The notes under the pieces are model-generated. The model saw only the letters and a program-made list of their open reading frames with translations, did no database searches and was not told the DNA's origin. Below, piece after piece: positions 10,120 through 18,981 of a stretch of DNA of 64,000 nt; within the stretch, counting starts at the first letter, position 1, and each line of letters opens with the position of its first letter. This DNA is from Candidatus Omnitrophota bacterium. Its GTDB lineage: Bacteria > Omnitrophota > Gorgyraeia > Gygaellales > Profunditerraquicolaceae. The stretch is taken from assembly GCA_028712255.1 (NCBI GenBank), contig JAQTQJ010000001.1, forward strand, positions 140,366-204,365, given 5' to 3'. The translations under genes were made by a program, and so were the position numbers.

Positions 10120-10129
10120 TTTCTAAGAA

Positions 10130-12313
10130 GTGAGAGAAAGAAGAATAAATGAGGTCAAAGGCGTTATTCTAGTAGCAATAGGGCTGATGGTCTTAGCCAG
10201 CCTTATCCGCTTCGATCGTCTGGACCTCGCTTTCTACACTTCGCATCCAAATTTTCCTCCTAAAAATCTCCTGGGAATTTTCGGCGCCTATCTGGGTGCT
10301 TTTATCGTATTACTTTTTGGCAATATCTCCAGTTTTATTATTCCTTTTTTAGTAATTACACTCGGTATAAAATATTTCCGTCAGGATAAGCCTTATATTA
10401 GTGTTGCTCGTATTATAGGGGTATTTGTGTTGCTTGTTTCCATAAGCTCGTTGATTGGTATGTTTAATTTAAATAATGATTTGTTGAGGTTTCAGACCGC
10501 CGGATTCTTCGGCGCACTTACTTCAACTGCCGCAACTAGGTATTTTGCTTCGTTGGGAGCCGTCATTATCTTCATTAGCTTTATTATTATCTATTGGGCT
10601 TTAATTAATGAAGAACTAATTTCTTCTCTTTTTTCTAAACTAGTCATAAAGTCAAAAGCTTTATTTTCCGGTCTGTCATTTCCTATTAATAAGGAAAAAG
10701 CTACTTCGGTTAAAGTTAAACCAAGTCTTATTAATAAAAGTAATTTGTTTTCTAAAAAGCAAGATTTTGAATCTTCTATTGTGTCTAAACCTAAAATATT
10801 TATGCCTGAAGCAACTGCGCCTAAATTAAAAATTCAAATTAAAGATAAAGCCCATGTTGAGCAAGCCAAGATTAAGCCAACTGAATTAAAGATCGGTGAT
10901 TATCATTTGCCTTCCCTAGATCTATTAGATGAGCCGCCTACGCCTGATACTAGGCAGATGAAAGAGGATCTTGAGGCATGCGCCCGGACGCTGGAAGATA
11001 CGTTGGAAGATTTTGGGATTTTAGCCAAAGTTACCGATATCATCCGTGGGCCGGTGATTACACGTTATGAACTTGAACCAGCCCCGGGAGTTAAAATTAA
11101 CCGTATTGAGGCATTAAGCGATGATATCGCTCTGGCTATTAAGGCTCAATCAATAAGGATTATTGCTCCAATCCCGGGTAAAGGCAGAGTAGGAGTTGAG
11201 GTTCCAAATTTGCACAGTGCTTTAGTTTGCATTAAAGATTTACTTACCTCTACGGAATTTCATAAACAGAGATCAGCCTTAACATTAGCTTTAGGTAAAG
11301 ATATCACCGGCAGGCCGATATTCGGCGATTTAGATGATATGCCGCATCTTTTGATTGCTGGAACCACTGGTTCAGGTAAAACCGTTTGTGTAAATACTTG
11401 TATTTTATCTTTACTCTTTAAAGAGTCTCCTAACGATCTGAAATTTTTAATGATTGATCCGAAGATGGTTGAACTTATGCCTTTTAATGGTTTGCCGCAT
11501 CTTCTGTGTCCGGTGGTTACAGATGCCAAGAAGGCTGCGGTTGCGCTTAATTGGGTGGTTTCTGAGATGGAATCGCGTTATGTACTTTTGTCTGGCGCCG
11601 GAGCAAGGAATATTGAAGCTTATAATGAAAAACAGGAAAAAATTCCTTATATTATAGTAGTTGTGGATGAGTTTGCAGATTTAATGAGTGTGGCACGCGA
11701 TCAGATTGAGAATGCGATTACTCGTCTGGCGCAATTGTCGCGCGCTGTAGGTATACATTTGATTCTGGCTACCCAGCGGCCAAGTGTTGATGTAATTACT
11801 GGCGTAATTAAAGCGAATTTACCGGCGCGTGTATCTTTTAAGGTGGCTTCTAAGGTTGATTCGCGCACAGTTTTGGATATGAATGGAGCAGAGACTTTAT
11901 TAGGTAAAGGCGATATGCTTTTTTTACAGCCTGGTAAGGAAGATTTAATCCGTATACAGGGTGCTCTGGTTAAAGATGCAGAGATTGAGCGAGTGGTTGA
12001 GTTTATAAAGGCTCAAGGTGAGCCAATTTATGATGATCAGATTCTTAAAGAGCAGCAGAAAAATAGTTCTTCTAGCGCTGATAAAGATGATCTTTATGAT
12101 GAGGCGGTACGTGTAATAATGGAGAGTAATCAGGCATCGGTCTCTATACTGCAGAGGCGTATGCGTTTAGGGTATACGCGCGCAGCCCGCATTATCGATA
12201 CTATGGAAATGGAAGGATTAGTTGGGCAGTTTGAAGGGAGTAAACCGCGTAAGATCTTGGTTGATCGGAATGCCTGGCTTAAAGATTTGACAAGTGGCAA
12301 CACTCCGCGCTAA
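10130..12313 (+). CDS. ftsK: DNA translocase FtsK/SpoIIIE
   Basis: N-terminal polytopic membrane domain, a linker, then a Walker A motif (GTTGSGKT) and a C-terminal winged-helix gamma domain (SVSILQRRMRLGYTRAARI). Confidence 0.95.
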   Translation: MRERRINEVKGVILVAIGLMVLASLIRFDRLDLAFYTSHPNFPPKNLLGIFGAYLGAFIVLLFGNISSFIIPFLVITLGIKYFRQDKPYISVARIIGVFVLLVSISSLIGMFNLNNDLLRFQTAGFFGALTSTAATRYFASLGAVIIFISFIIIYWALINEELISSLFSKLVIKSKALFSGLSFPINKEKATSVKVKPSLINKSNLFSKKQDFESSIVSKPKIFMPEATAPKLKIQIKDKAHVEQAKIKPTELKIGDYHLPSLDLLDEPPTPDTRQMKEDLEACARTLEDTLEDFGILAKVTDIIRGPVITRYELEPAPGVKINRIEALSDDIALAIKAQSIRIIAPIPGKGRVGVEVPNLHSALVCIKDLLTSTEFHKQRSALTLALGKDITGRPIFGDLDDMPHLLIAGTTGSGKTVCVNTCILSLLFKESPNDLKFLMIDPKMVELMPFNGLPHLLCPVVTDAKKAAVALNWVVSEMESRYVLLSGAGARNIEAYNEKQEKIPYIIVVVDEFADLMSVARDQIENAITRLAQLSRAVGIHLILATQRPSVDVITGVIKANLPARVSFKVASKVDSRTVLDMNGAETLLGKGDMLFLQPGKEDLIRIQGALVKDAEIERVVEFIKAQGEPIYDDQILKEQQKNSSSSADKDDLYDEAVRVIMESNQASVSILQRRMRLGYTRAARIIDTMEMEGLVGQFEGSKPRKILVDRNAWLKDLTSGNTPR

Positions 12314-12402
12314 TAGCACTCGGTCCTTAATGGAATTGGGCCGGCCCCTGGTGGGGAGAATTGCGTGAGTGTGCCTTGTTGTGGCAAGGAGGTAGAAAAA
12401 TA

Positions 12403-13203
12403 GTGAATATTGAGACAGCTGGAGCCAGACTAAAAAAAATCCGCCAGGAAAGGGGTTTGAGTCTTGAGGATATCCAGAAGAAGACCAAGATTCATCTGAA
12501 TGTCTTACGTGCAATTGAGGGGGATAGTATCTCGGATTTAAGCCCGGTTTATCTTAAAGGGTTTATTAAGATTTATTGTGTTTCTCTTGGGCTTGATCCA
12601 AAAGAATATGTCAGTTCAACAAACAGTCAGCCACAGAAACCGGTATTAAATGCTACCATTGGTAAGCCGATTGGAGAGAGAGCGCAAAAGAAAGCTTCTT
12701 TTATTAAAGATGTTTCTATTAAATTGGGCGCGATAAAACCAGTACTTAATTTTAAAAAGATAATCGTATTTACGGTATCAGGGTTACTTTTTATATTCTT
12801 GGCGGTTAATTTGGTAAAATTTGTATCAAGTCGGCACAGCAATAGGGCCTCTTTGGAAAAAGTTAAAGTCCTTATGCCCTCTTCCTTATCGAAAAAAACC
12901 GTGTCCACTACTCAAGAAGCTAAGCCTAAGAAGGATTTGATCGAAGGGGTGACGTTAGGAATATTTGCCCGCGATAAATCCTGGATATCTGCTAAGGTCG
13001 ACGGAAAAACAGTCTTTCATGGAGTACTTGCACGGGGCAGAAGTGAAACTTGGCATGCCAAAGATAAAATAGAATTATCTTTGGGGGATGCCGGTGCCGT
13101 GGAGCTACAGGTCAACGATCAACGTTTTGCTAATCTTGGGCGGCGTGGTAAGCCTTTAAAGAATATCCTCATTAATAAAGAAGGCTTAAAAACTCCTAGA
13201 TGA
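12403..13203 (+). CDS. rodZ: RodZ-like cytoskeleton protein (HTH_XRE, transmembrane segment, DUF4115)
   Basis: N-terminal XRE helix-turn-helix (LKKIRQERGLSLEDIQKKTKIHLNVLRAIE), one transmembrane helix, and a beta-rich C-terminal DUF4115-like domain. I prefer the GTG at 12403 because it follows an AGGAGG site; the ORF track begins at 12361. Confidence 0.7.
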   Translation: MNIETAGARLKKIRQERGLSLEDIQKKTKIHLNVLRAIEGDSISDLSPVYLKGFIKIYCVSLGLDPKEYVSSTNSQPQKPVLNATIGKPIGERAQKKASFIKDVSIKLGAIKPVLNFKKIIVFTVSGLLFIFLAVNLVKFVSSRHSNRASLEKVKVLMPSSLSKKTVSTTQEAKPKKDLIEGVTLGIFARDKSWISAKVDGKTVFHGVLARGRSETWHAKDKIELSLGDAGAVELQVNDQRFANLGRRGKPLKNILINKEGLKTPR

Positions 13204-14444
13204 AACAAAAATTAGGGATTTTATCTTTGGGGTGCCCAAGGAACCTTGTAGATGCTGAAACCCTTGCCGGTAGGCTTAATGCAAAAGGTTATTCTATTGT
13301 TAGTGATATAAGTAAAGCTAATGTCGCTTTGGTAAATACCTGCGCTTTTATTGAAGATGCCAAGCGTGAATCAATTGATGCTATTCTTGATTTAATAGAG
13401 TTAAAAAAGCGGGGGAAGCTTAAAAAAATAATTGTTTTTGGTTGCCTGCCGCAGCGTTACAAAGATTTGAAAAATCAGCTGCCTGAGATAGATGCTTTTA
13501 TGGGCTCACTTAATCAGGATGGGCAGGCAGATAGGTTTGCTTTAACTCCAAAGCATTACGCATACCTGAAAATTTGCGAAGGCTGCCTGAATAATTGCAG
13601 TTACTGTGTAATTCCCAGGATCAAAGGAAGGCTTAAGAGCCTGGATGAAAAAACAATAATTCAGAAAGTCAGACGATTAAATTGCGAGAAAATTTCAGAG
13701 CTTAATATTATTGGGCAAGATATCACCGGTTTTGGCGTGGATGCCAGTGGTACTAGCCAATTAGCAGCTCTTTTAAGAAAAATAGTCAGTAATGCGCCTG
13801 AAATTGGCTGGATTCGTCTTTTGTATCTGAATCCTGAACGTATTACCGATGAATTACTCCAGTTAATCGCGGCAAATAAACAATTATGTAAATATATCGA
13901 TTTACCGATACAGCATATTAGTAACCGTATCTTGAAATTGATGAACCGTAGAATTACCAAGACAGAAATAACTTCTTTAATAAAAAAAATTAGAAGTATT
14001 ATCCCTGGAGTTCAAATACGGACTTCGCTGATCGTAGGTTTTCCTTCGGAAACAAAAAAAGAGTTTAATGAATTACTTGATTTTATAAAAGAAGTAAAAT
14101 TTGATAGATTAGGGGCTTTTATTTATTCCCGAGAGGAAAATACTCCAGCATATAGCTTTAATGGGCAGGTTGCTCAAGGGATAAAACAGGAGAGATTTGA
14201 TATTGTTATGGCAGCACAGCAAAAAATTGCCTCAGAATTAAATAAAAGACTTTTAAATAAGACCATTAGTGTTTTGATTGAAGGGAAGCAGGATGGTGAT
14301 TATGTTGGCCGCAGCCAGGCAGATGCGCCTGAGGTTGACGGAGTAGTTTATGTAAAGAGTAAAAAAATACTTAAAATCGGTGAATTTTCCCGGGTAAAAA
14401 TTATAGATACTTTGGAGTATGATTTAGTGGGGGTAAAATTATGA
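13200..14444 (+). CDS. rimO: Ribosomal protein S12 methylthiotransferase RimO
   Basis: N-terminal ILSLGCPRNLVDAE matches RimO. Radical SAM motif CEGCLNNCSYC and a C-terminal TRAM domain. Confidence 0.82.
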   Translation: MKQKLGILSLGCPRNLVDAETLAGRLNAKGYSIVSDISKANVALVNTCAFIEDAKRESIDAILDLIELKKRGKLKKIIVFGCLPQRYKDLKNQLPEIDAFMGSLNQDGQADRFALTPKHYAYLKICEGCLNNCSYCVIPRIKGRLKSLDEKTIIQKVRRLNCEKISELNIIGQDITGFGVDASGTSQLAALLRKIVSNAPEIGWIRLLYLNPERITDELLQLIAANKQLCKYIDLPIQHISNRILKLMNRRITKTEITSLIKKIRSIIPGVQIRTSLIVGFPSETKKEFNELLDFIKEVKFDRLGAFIYSREENTPAYSFNGQVAQGIKQERFDIVMAAQQKIASELNKRLLNKTISVLIEGKQDGDYVGRSQADAPEVDGVVYVKSKKILKIGEFSRVKIIDTLEYDLVGVKL

Positions 14445-15019
14445 ATTTAGCAAATCGCTTGACTATGTCGCGGATTTTATTAACTTTTGTATTTATGTTT
14501 TTTTTATTCTGTCACGGGCTTTGGCCTAAGATTTTAAGTTTGATAGTTTTTAGCCTGGCAGCTTTATCTGATTTATTTGATGGGATGATCGCCCAGCGCA
14601 GAAACATGGTTACTGATTTTGGTAGGCTTATGGATCCTATCGCCGATAAAATTTTGGTGCTGGCGGCTTTTGCGGCATTTGTGCAATTGCAATTAATCGA
14701 TGCCTGGATGTTTATGATTATAGTTTCCAGGGAGATTCTAATTACATCTTTACGGCTGTTTGCTTTAAACAAAGGTAAAGTATTATCTGCAGCCCGTGCG
14801 GGAAAACACAAGACAGTTTTGCAGATGCTAGTGATTTTTGCTATTTTGGGTTTTATCGTGTTAAAAGAGATCGTGCTTAAATATTATACTTGGAATCCGG
14901 CGTGGGAAAACATTTTCCGCCAAGGGATTTTCTTCCTTATGCTTCTTACCGTAGGTTTAACTCTTTTTTCCGGATTATCATATCTTTGGGAGAATCGCAA
15001 GGTTATTACCCGTTTATGA
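14441..15019 (+). CDS. pgsA: CDP-diacylglycerol--glycerol-3-phosphate 3-phosphatidyltransferase
   Basis: CDP-alcohol phosphatidyltransferase motif (DLFDGMIAQRRNMVTDFGRLMDPIADK) and multiple transmembrane helices. Confidence 0.85.
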   Translation: MNLANRLTMSRILLTFVFMFFLFCHGLWPKILSLIVFSLAALSDLFDGMIAQRRNMVTDFGRLMDPIADKILVLAAFAAFVQLQLIDAWMFMIIVSREILITSLRLFALNKGKVLSAARAGKHKTVLQMLVIFAILGFIVLKEIVLKYYTWNPAWENIFRQGIFFLMLLTVGLTLFSGLSYLWENRKVITRL

Positions 15020-15495
15020 AGATTGATAATCCAGGTGATTTTTTGGCTAAAGCAATTTCTTCAGTTTTTTTTATCGGGTATCTGCCTCTGGTGCCGGGTA
15101 CATTCGGCAGCCTTGCAGGGGTTGGTGTTTTTTATTTATGCAGAGGACTAAGCCAGCCGGTTTATTTTTTATTTATTTTTTGTATAATAGTTTTGGGGTT
15201 ACTAACAAGCGGGAAGGTTGAAAGGCTGCTGAACAAAAAGGATCCGTCTTGCGTTGTTATCGACGAGGTAATGGGTATGCTCATTGCTTTAAGTTTTATG
15301 CCCTATGATTTAAAGATAGTTATTTTGGCTTTTTTTATTTTTCGGATTTTGGATACTCTTAAGCCGTATCCGGCGGGTAAATTACAGGATGTGCATGGGG
15401 CAGTTGGGATAATGGCAGATGATTTAGTTGCAGGTGTATATACCAATATCGTGCTTCAGGTAATCTTAAGGCTAGCTTTTTTTAAAGCAGTATAG
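15016..15495 (+). CDS. pgpA: Phosphatidylglycerophosphatase A
   Basis: PgpA signature (GYLPLVPGTFGSLAGV). The ATG at 15016 overlaps the pgsA stop by 4 nt (ATGA). I treat the ORF-track extension back to 14890 as not real. Confidence 0.8.
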   Translation: MKIDNPGDFLAKAISSVFFIGYLPLVPGTFGSLAGVGVFYLCRGLSQPVYFLFIFCIIVLGLLTSGKVERLLNKKDPSCVVIDEVMGMLIALSFMPYDLKIVILAFFIFRILDTLKPYPAGKLQDVHGAVGIMADDLVAGVYTNIVLQVILRLAFFKAV

Positions 15496-16028
15496 ATTGG
15501 GCCGCTAGGTGAAAGCGTGCTTTGAAATAAAGTAATCCCTCTAGCAACAAACTCCAAATTTTCATGAACCATATCGGTTTTTATATTGCCAAGAGATTTC
15601 TCTAGTTTAGAAGGTACAATACGACTTTTAAGCCTTCCGATAGTAATATGCGTACGGAAAGGGCGTTTTTCTTTGGCTATTCCGTATTGCCCAAGCTTTG
15701 TTTCTAATTGTCCGATAATTTGTTTTAATGTTTCAGGTGCATCTTCGGTACCTATCCAAATTATATGGGCTTTTGTTATGTTTGGAAAAATTCCTACTGT
15801 TTCTAATTTTATTTTAAAACTAGTATTTACCTGTGTTGTTTCTGTGATTATTTGATTAATATCACTAAGTTTTTTTGAAGTAATCTCTCCGAGAAATTTT
15901 AGGGTAAGATGCAGGTTTGTCGGTTTGACCCAGCTGATTTTAGGAAGAGTAGTTTTTAGCTTATACTGTATTTTGGAGATAGCATTTTTGATGCCTGAGG
16001 GTAGTTCTATTGCTATAAATGCGCGCAT
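15456..16028 (-). CDS. thpR: RNA 2',3'-cyclic phosphodiesterase (2H phosphoesterase, LigT/ThpR)
   Basis: Two H-x-T/S-x motifs (HLTLKFLG and HITIGR) in a protein of about 190 aa. Confidence 0.8.
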   Translation of the reverse strand: MRAFIAIELPSGIKNAISKIQYKLKTTLPKISWVKPTNLHLTLKFLGEITSKKLSDINQIITETTQVNTSFKIKLETVGIFPNITKAHIIWIGTEDAPETLKQIIGQLETKLGQYGIAKEKRPFRTHITIGRLKSRIVPSKLEKSLGNIKTDMVHENLEFVARGITLFQSTLSPSGPIYTALKKASLKIT

Positions 16029-16531
16029 AATAAGCGTAAAGCTTCATAAGCGGATTTTTTTCGGATTTCATTACGGCTACCGCAAAACAAGAATTTTTGA
16101 CAAATATTCTTTTTCTTATAGGACAAACAAATAAAGACAGTTCCTATGGGCTTGTCCAGGGTTGCTCCTGTGGGCCCTGCCCTGTTAGAAGTCCCGCGGC
16201 GCAAGGCGCCACTTCTAACGGGGCCGGCGATTCCGGTAATGCTCAGGCCAAAGTCCGAATTTATTTTTTTACGGATATTTTTGGCCATTAATATTGCAAC
16301 TTTTTCTGATACCGCGCCATATTTTGTAATAGTATGCGTAGGAATATTTAAAATTAATTCTTTGGATCGATTGCTATAGGTAACTGCCCCTAAAAGAAAG
16401 TATTTTGAAGATCCAGGCGTTTGGGTTAGGAGGGAAGAGAGTAGTCCACCTGTGCAGGATTCGGCAACAGAAACGGTTTTTGCGCTAGAAAATAAATTTT
16501 TATGTGCCAGCTTTATGATTTTATTGAACAT
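16013..16531 (-). CDS. pncC: Nicotinamide-nucleotide amidohydrolase PncC (stand-alone CinA C-terminal domain), carrying an in-frame insertion
   Basis: CinA_C motifs (VAESCTGGLL…SITGIAGP…KPIGTVFI). The start at Met 16531 (MFNKIIKLAH) is inferred. The ORF-track extension to 16672 overlaps the rib leader and is rejected. Confidence 0.78.
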   Translation of the reverse strand: MFNKIIKLAHKNLFSSAKTVSVAESCTGGLLSSLLTQTPGSSKYFLLGAVTYSNRSKELILNIPTHTITKYGAVSEKVAILMAKNIRKKINSDFGLSITGIAGPVRSGALRRGTSNRAGPTGATLDKPIGTVFICLSYKKKNICQKFLFCGSRNEIRKKSAYEALRLLCAHL

Positions 16532-16559
16532 AGCTATATTATAATCATTTTTAATTGTA

Positions 16560-16587
16560 TTGACAAGGCAAGTTTCTGTGTTAAAAT
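16560..16587 (+). promoter_or_regulatory. Sigma70 promoter of the rib operon (TTGACA-16-TAAAAT)
   Basis: Near-consensus -35 and -10 boxes immediately upstream of the FMN riboswitch. Confidence 0.5.
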
Positions 16588-16597
16588 ATAAAGAATT

Positions 16598-16843
16598 AAT
16601 CTTTAGGGCAAGGTGACCTGCCTGCCACAGGCAGGAATTCCTTACCGGCGGTTCAGCCCGCGAGTCCGCCAAAGCTTCAGTGGCGGGCAGATCTGGTTAA
16701 ATTCCAGAGCCGATGGTCCATATGGATGGACACCCGCGCAATACCATTTAGTGCGGGGTGTGTTTCTATATGGGTAAAGTCCAGATGGAAAAAGATTAAA
16801 ATTACTACGCCCGAAGATTGTTTTTATTCGGGTTTTTGTTTTG
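16598..16843 (+). ncRNA. FMN riboswitch (RFN element) with a terminator-type expression platform
   Basis: Matches conserved RFN cores: CTTTAGGGCAAGGTGA…GGAATTCCTTACCGGCGGT…AGCCCGCGAGTCC…GGTTAAATTCCAGAGCCGATGGT…GGGTAAAGTCCAGATGGAAAAAGATT. The P1 closing pairs AATCTTT with AAAGATT. A CCCGAA…TTCGGG hairpin plus T-run follows at about 16809-16843. It lies directly upstream of ribBA. Confidence 0.7.
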
Positions 16844-16854
16844 AAAGGGGTTTT

Positions 16855-18063
16855 ATGTTTAACAGTATTGCTGAAATTCTAAATGATTTAAAAACCGGGA
16901 AAATGGTGATCGTGGTTGATGATGAAGATCGCGAGAATGAAGGTGATTTAGTGATGGCTGCCTCAAGCGCCAAGCCGCTAGATATAAATTTTATGGCTAA
17001 ATTCGGCCGTGGACTCATTTGTGTCCCTATGGAAGAAGAAAGGCTGCGATTCTTAGAGCTTGACCCAATGCTTAAGAATACTCTTGCAGCTAGCAAGGAG
17101 GACCCCTTTAAAACTGCTTGGATGATTTCTGTTGATGCGGCCTCTGATATAACCACGGGAATTTCGGCCGCAGATCGGTCTAAAACAATCGAAGTTTTGA
17201 TTAATCCTAAGACTAAGCCGGAGGATTTGGTCCGTCCGGGACATGTTTTTCCTTTACGCTGCCGTTTGGGTGGGGTTTTGGTCAGGGCAGGGCATACCGA
17301 AGCAAGCCTGGATTTAATGCGCCTGGCTGGTTTATATCAAGCAGGAGTAATTTGTGAAATTATGAATGATGATGGCACGATGGCTCGCCTGCCGCAGCTC
17401 TTAGAATTTGCCAAAAGGCATAGTTTAAAGATTTGTACGATTGCTGGGCTTATCGAATATCGCCGCAGGAGAGAAAAGCTGGTTGAGGCAGTTGTCGAGA
17501 CAAAATTGCCTACGAAGTTCGGTGAATTTAAGTTAACTATTTATCGTGATAAAACCAATGGCCAGACGCATATTGTTTTGTGCATGGGCCATGGCTTTGA
17601 TGAATCCATTTTGGTGCGTGTCCATTCAGAATGTTTAACTGGAGATGTTTTTGGTTCTTTACGTTGTGACTGCGGACATCAACTTGAAAAAGCTTTTGCG
17701 CTTATTGGCCAGGAAAAAAAAGGTATAATTCTTTATATGAACCAGGAGGGACGGGGTATCGGATTAGTCGAGAAAATGCGCGCATATAATTTGCAGGATC
17801 AGGGAATGGATACGGTCCAAGCCAATGAGGCATTGGGCCATAAAGCTGATTTACGTGATTATGGTATCGGAGCTCAGATTCTGGTTGATCTAGGGGTTAA
17901 AAAGATAAGGTTGTTAACGAATAATCCACGTAAAATTGTAGGTTTAGAAGGTTATGGCCTGGAGGTTAGCGAGCGTATACCTTTAGAAATTGAACCTAAT
18001 GCTCAAAATTATAAATATTTAAAAACAAAAAAAGAGAAACTAGGGCATCATCTAGATCTCTAA
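16855..18063 (+). CDS. ribBA: Bifunctional 3,4-dihydroxy-2-butanone-4-phosphate synthase / GTP cyclohydrolase II
   Basis: The DHBP synthase N-terminal half ([18 protein letters not shown]) and the GTP cyclohydrolase II C-terminal half (CxxC…C zinc site, RCDCGHQLE). ATG at 16855 after AAGGGG; the upstream ORF extension covers the riboswitch. Confidence 0.95.
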   Translation: MFNSIAEILNDLKTGKMVIVVDDEDRENEGDLVMAASSAKPLDINFMAKFGRGLICVPMEEERLRFLELDPMLKNTLAASKEDPFKTAWMISVDAASDITTGISAADRSKTIEVLINPKTKPEDLVRPGHVFPLRCRLGGVLVRAGHTEASLDLMRLAGLYQAGVICEIMNDDGTMARLPQLLEFAKRHSLKICTIAGLIEYRRRREKLVEAVVETKLPTKFGEFKLTIYRDKTNGQTHIVLCMGHGFDESILVRVHSECLTGDVFGSLRCDCGHQLEKAFALIGQEKKGIILYMNQEGRGIGLVEKMRAYNLQDQGMDTVQANEALGHKADLRDYGIGAQILVDLGVKKIRLLTNNPRKIVGLEGYGLEVSERIPLEIEPNAQNYKYLKTKKEKLGHHLDL

Positions 18064-18079
18064 CCGGGGAGGACGTAAT

Positions 18080-18556
18080 ATGGCAAAAGTGATTGAGGGT
18101 AAACTGATAGCCAAAGGACAAACCTTTGGTTTGGTGGCTTCACGTTTCAATGATTTTATGACTAAGGAATTGGTAAGTGGATGTATTGATACTTTGATCA
18201 GGCATGGGGCCGAAGATAAGGACATTACGGTGGCATGGGTTCCCGGAGCTTTTGAAGTTCCGTTGGTTGCCCAGAAAATGGCAAAAAGCAAATCATTCGA
18301 CGCTTTAATTTGCTTAGGTACAGTTATCCGGGGAGCAACTCCGCATTTTGATTATATTGCTGCGGAAGTAGCAAAAGGTGTGGCTAAAGTTTCTTTGGAT
18401 AATAGTATACCGGTAATTTTTGGCATAATTACCGCTGATAGTATTGAGCAGGCAGTAGAACGTGCAGGTTCCAAGGATGGCAATAAAGGAAGAGATGCGG
18501 CTATGAGCGCTATTGAAATGATTAATTTATCTGGACAATTACTGAGTCTCCGGTAA
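18080..18556 (+). CDS. ribH: 6,7-dimethyl-8-ribityllumazine synthase
   Basis: 158 aa; matches lumazine synthase ([22 protein letters not shown]…). Confidence 0.95.
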   Translation: MAKVIEGKLIAKGQTFGLVASRFNDFMTKELVSGCIDTLIRHGAEDKDITVAWVPGAFEVPLVAQKMAKSKSFDALICLGTVIRGATPHFDYIAAEVAKGVAKVSLDNSIPVIFGIITADSIEQAVERAGSKDGNKGRDAAMSAIEMINLSGQLLSLR

Positions 18557-18564
18557 ATAAACCT

Positions 18565-18981
18565 ATGCGTAAACGAACTAAGTCACGTGAATATGTGTTA
18601 CAAATGCTCTATCAGGTGGATATTACCCGGGGTAATTGGCAGGAAGTCTTGGAAAATTTCTGGCAGAGCAATGAAATAGGGGAGATTTCTGATGAGCTTA
18701 AAGATTTCTCTTCACAGCTGCTTGGCGGGGTAATTGGGCATATGCAGGAAATTGACAGAAAGATTAGTAAATACGCGGCGAATTGGCAGTTAGAGCGCAT
18801 GGCATTTGTGGATCGTAATATTATGCGCCTGGGATGTTTTGAACTTTTGTACCGGGAGGATATTCCTCCAAAGGTTGCGATTAATGAGGCAGTGGAGCTG
18901 GCTAAAAAATATTCCGGTACCGAATCCGGCAAGTTTGTTAACGCTATATTGGATCAAATAAAAATTGAAAAAGAAAAATAA
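18565..18981 (+). CDS. nusB: Transcription antitermination factor NusB
   Basis: 138 aa NusB fold ([13 protein letters not shown]…). Canonical ribH-nusB adjacency. Confidence 0.9.
   Translation: MRKRTKSREYVLQMLYQVDITRGNWQEVLENFWQSNEIGEISDELKDFSSQLLGGVIGHMQEIDRKISKYAANWQLERMAFVDRNIMRLGCFELLYREDIPPKVAINEAVELAKKYSGTESGKFVNAILDQIKIEKEK

Noticed and set aside
12338-12355. GC-rich palindrome GGGCCGGCCC followed by a CCCCTGGTGGGG hairpin in the ftsK-rodZ spacer
   Set aside because: It is short, nothing like it recurs in the window, and it is compatible with a simple weak terminator or spacer. There is not enough to call a regulatory site.
14890-15015. N-terminal extension of the pgpA ORF overlapping pgsA
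   Set aside because: PgpA homology begins at the ATG at 15016 (MKIDNPGDFL…), which overlaps the pgsA stop in the classic ATGA arrangement. The extension is out of frame with pgsA and unsupported.
16097-16379. Two overlapping + strand ORFs (64 and 77 aa) across the pncC region
   Set aside because: They fall in the locally GC-rich insertion within pncC. GC richness suppresses stop codons, and they are antisense to a well-supported CinA_C gene.
16726-16854. N-terminal extension of the ribBA ORF (MDTRAIPFSAGCVS…)
   Set aside because: This stretch is the FMN riboswitch aptamer and terminator. RibB homology starts at Met 16855, preceded by an AAGGGG site.
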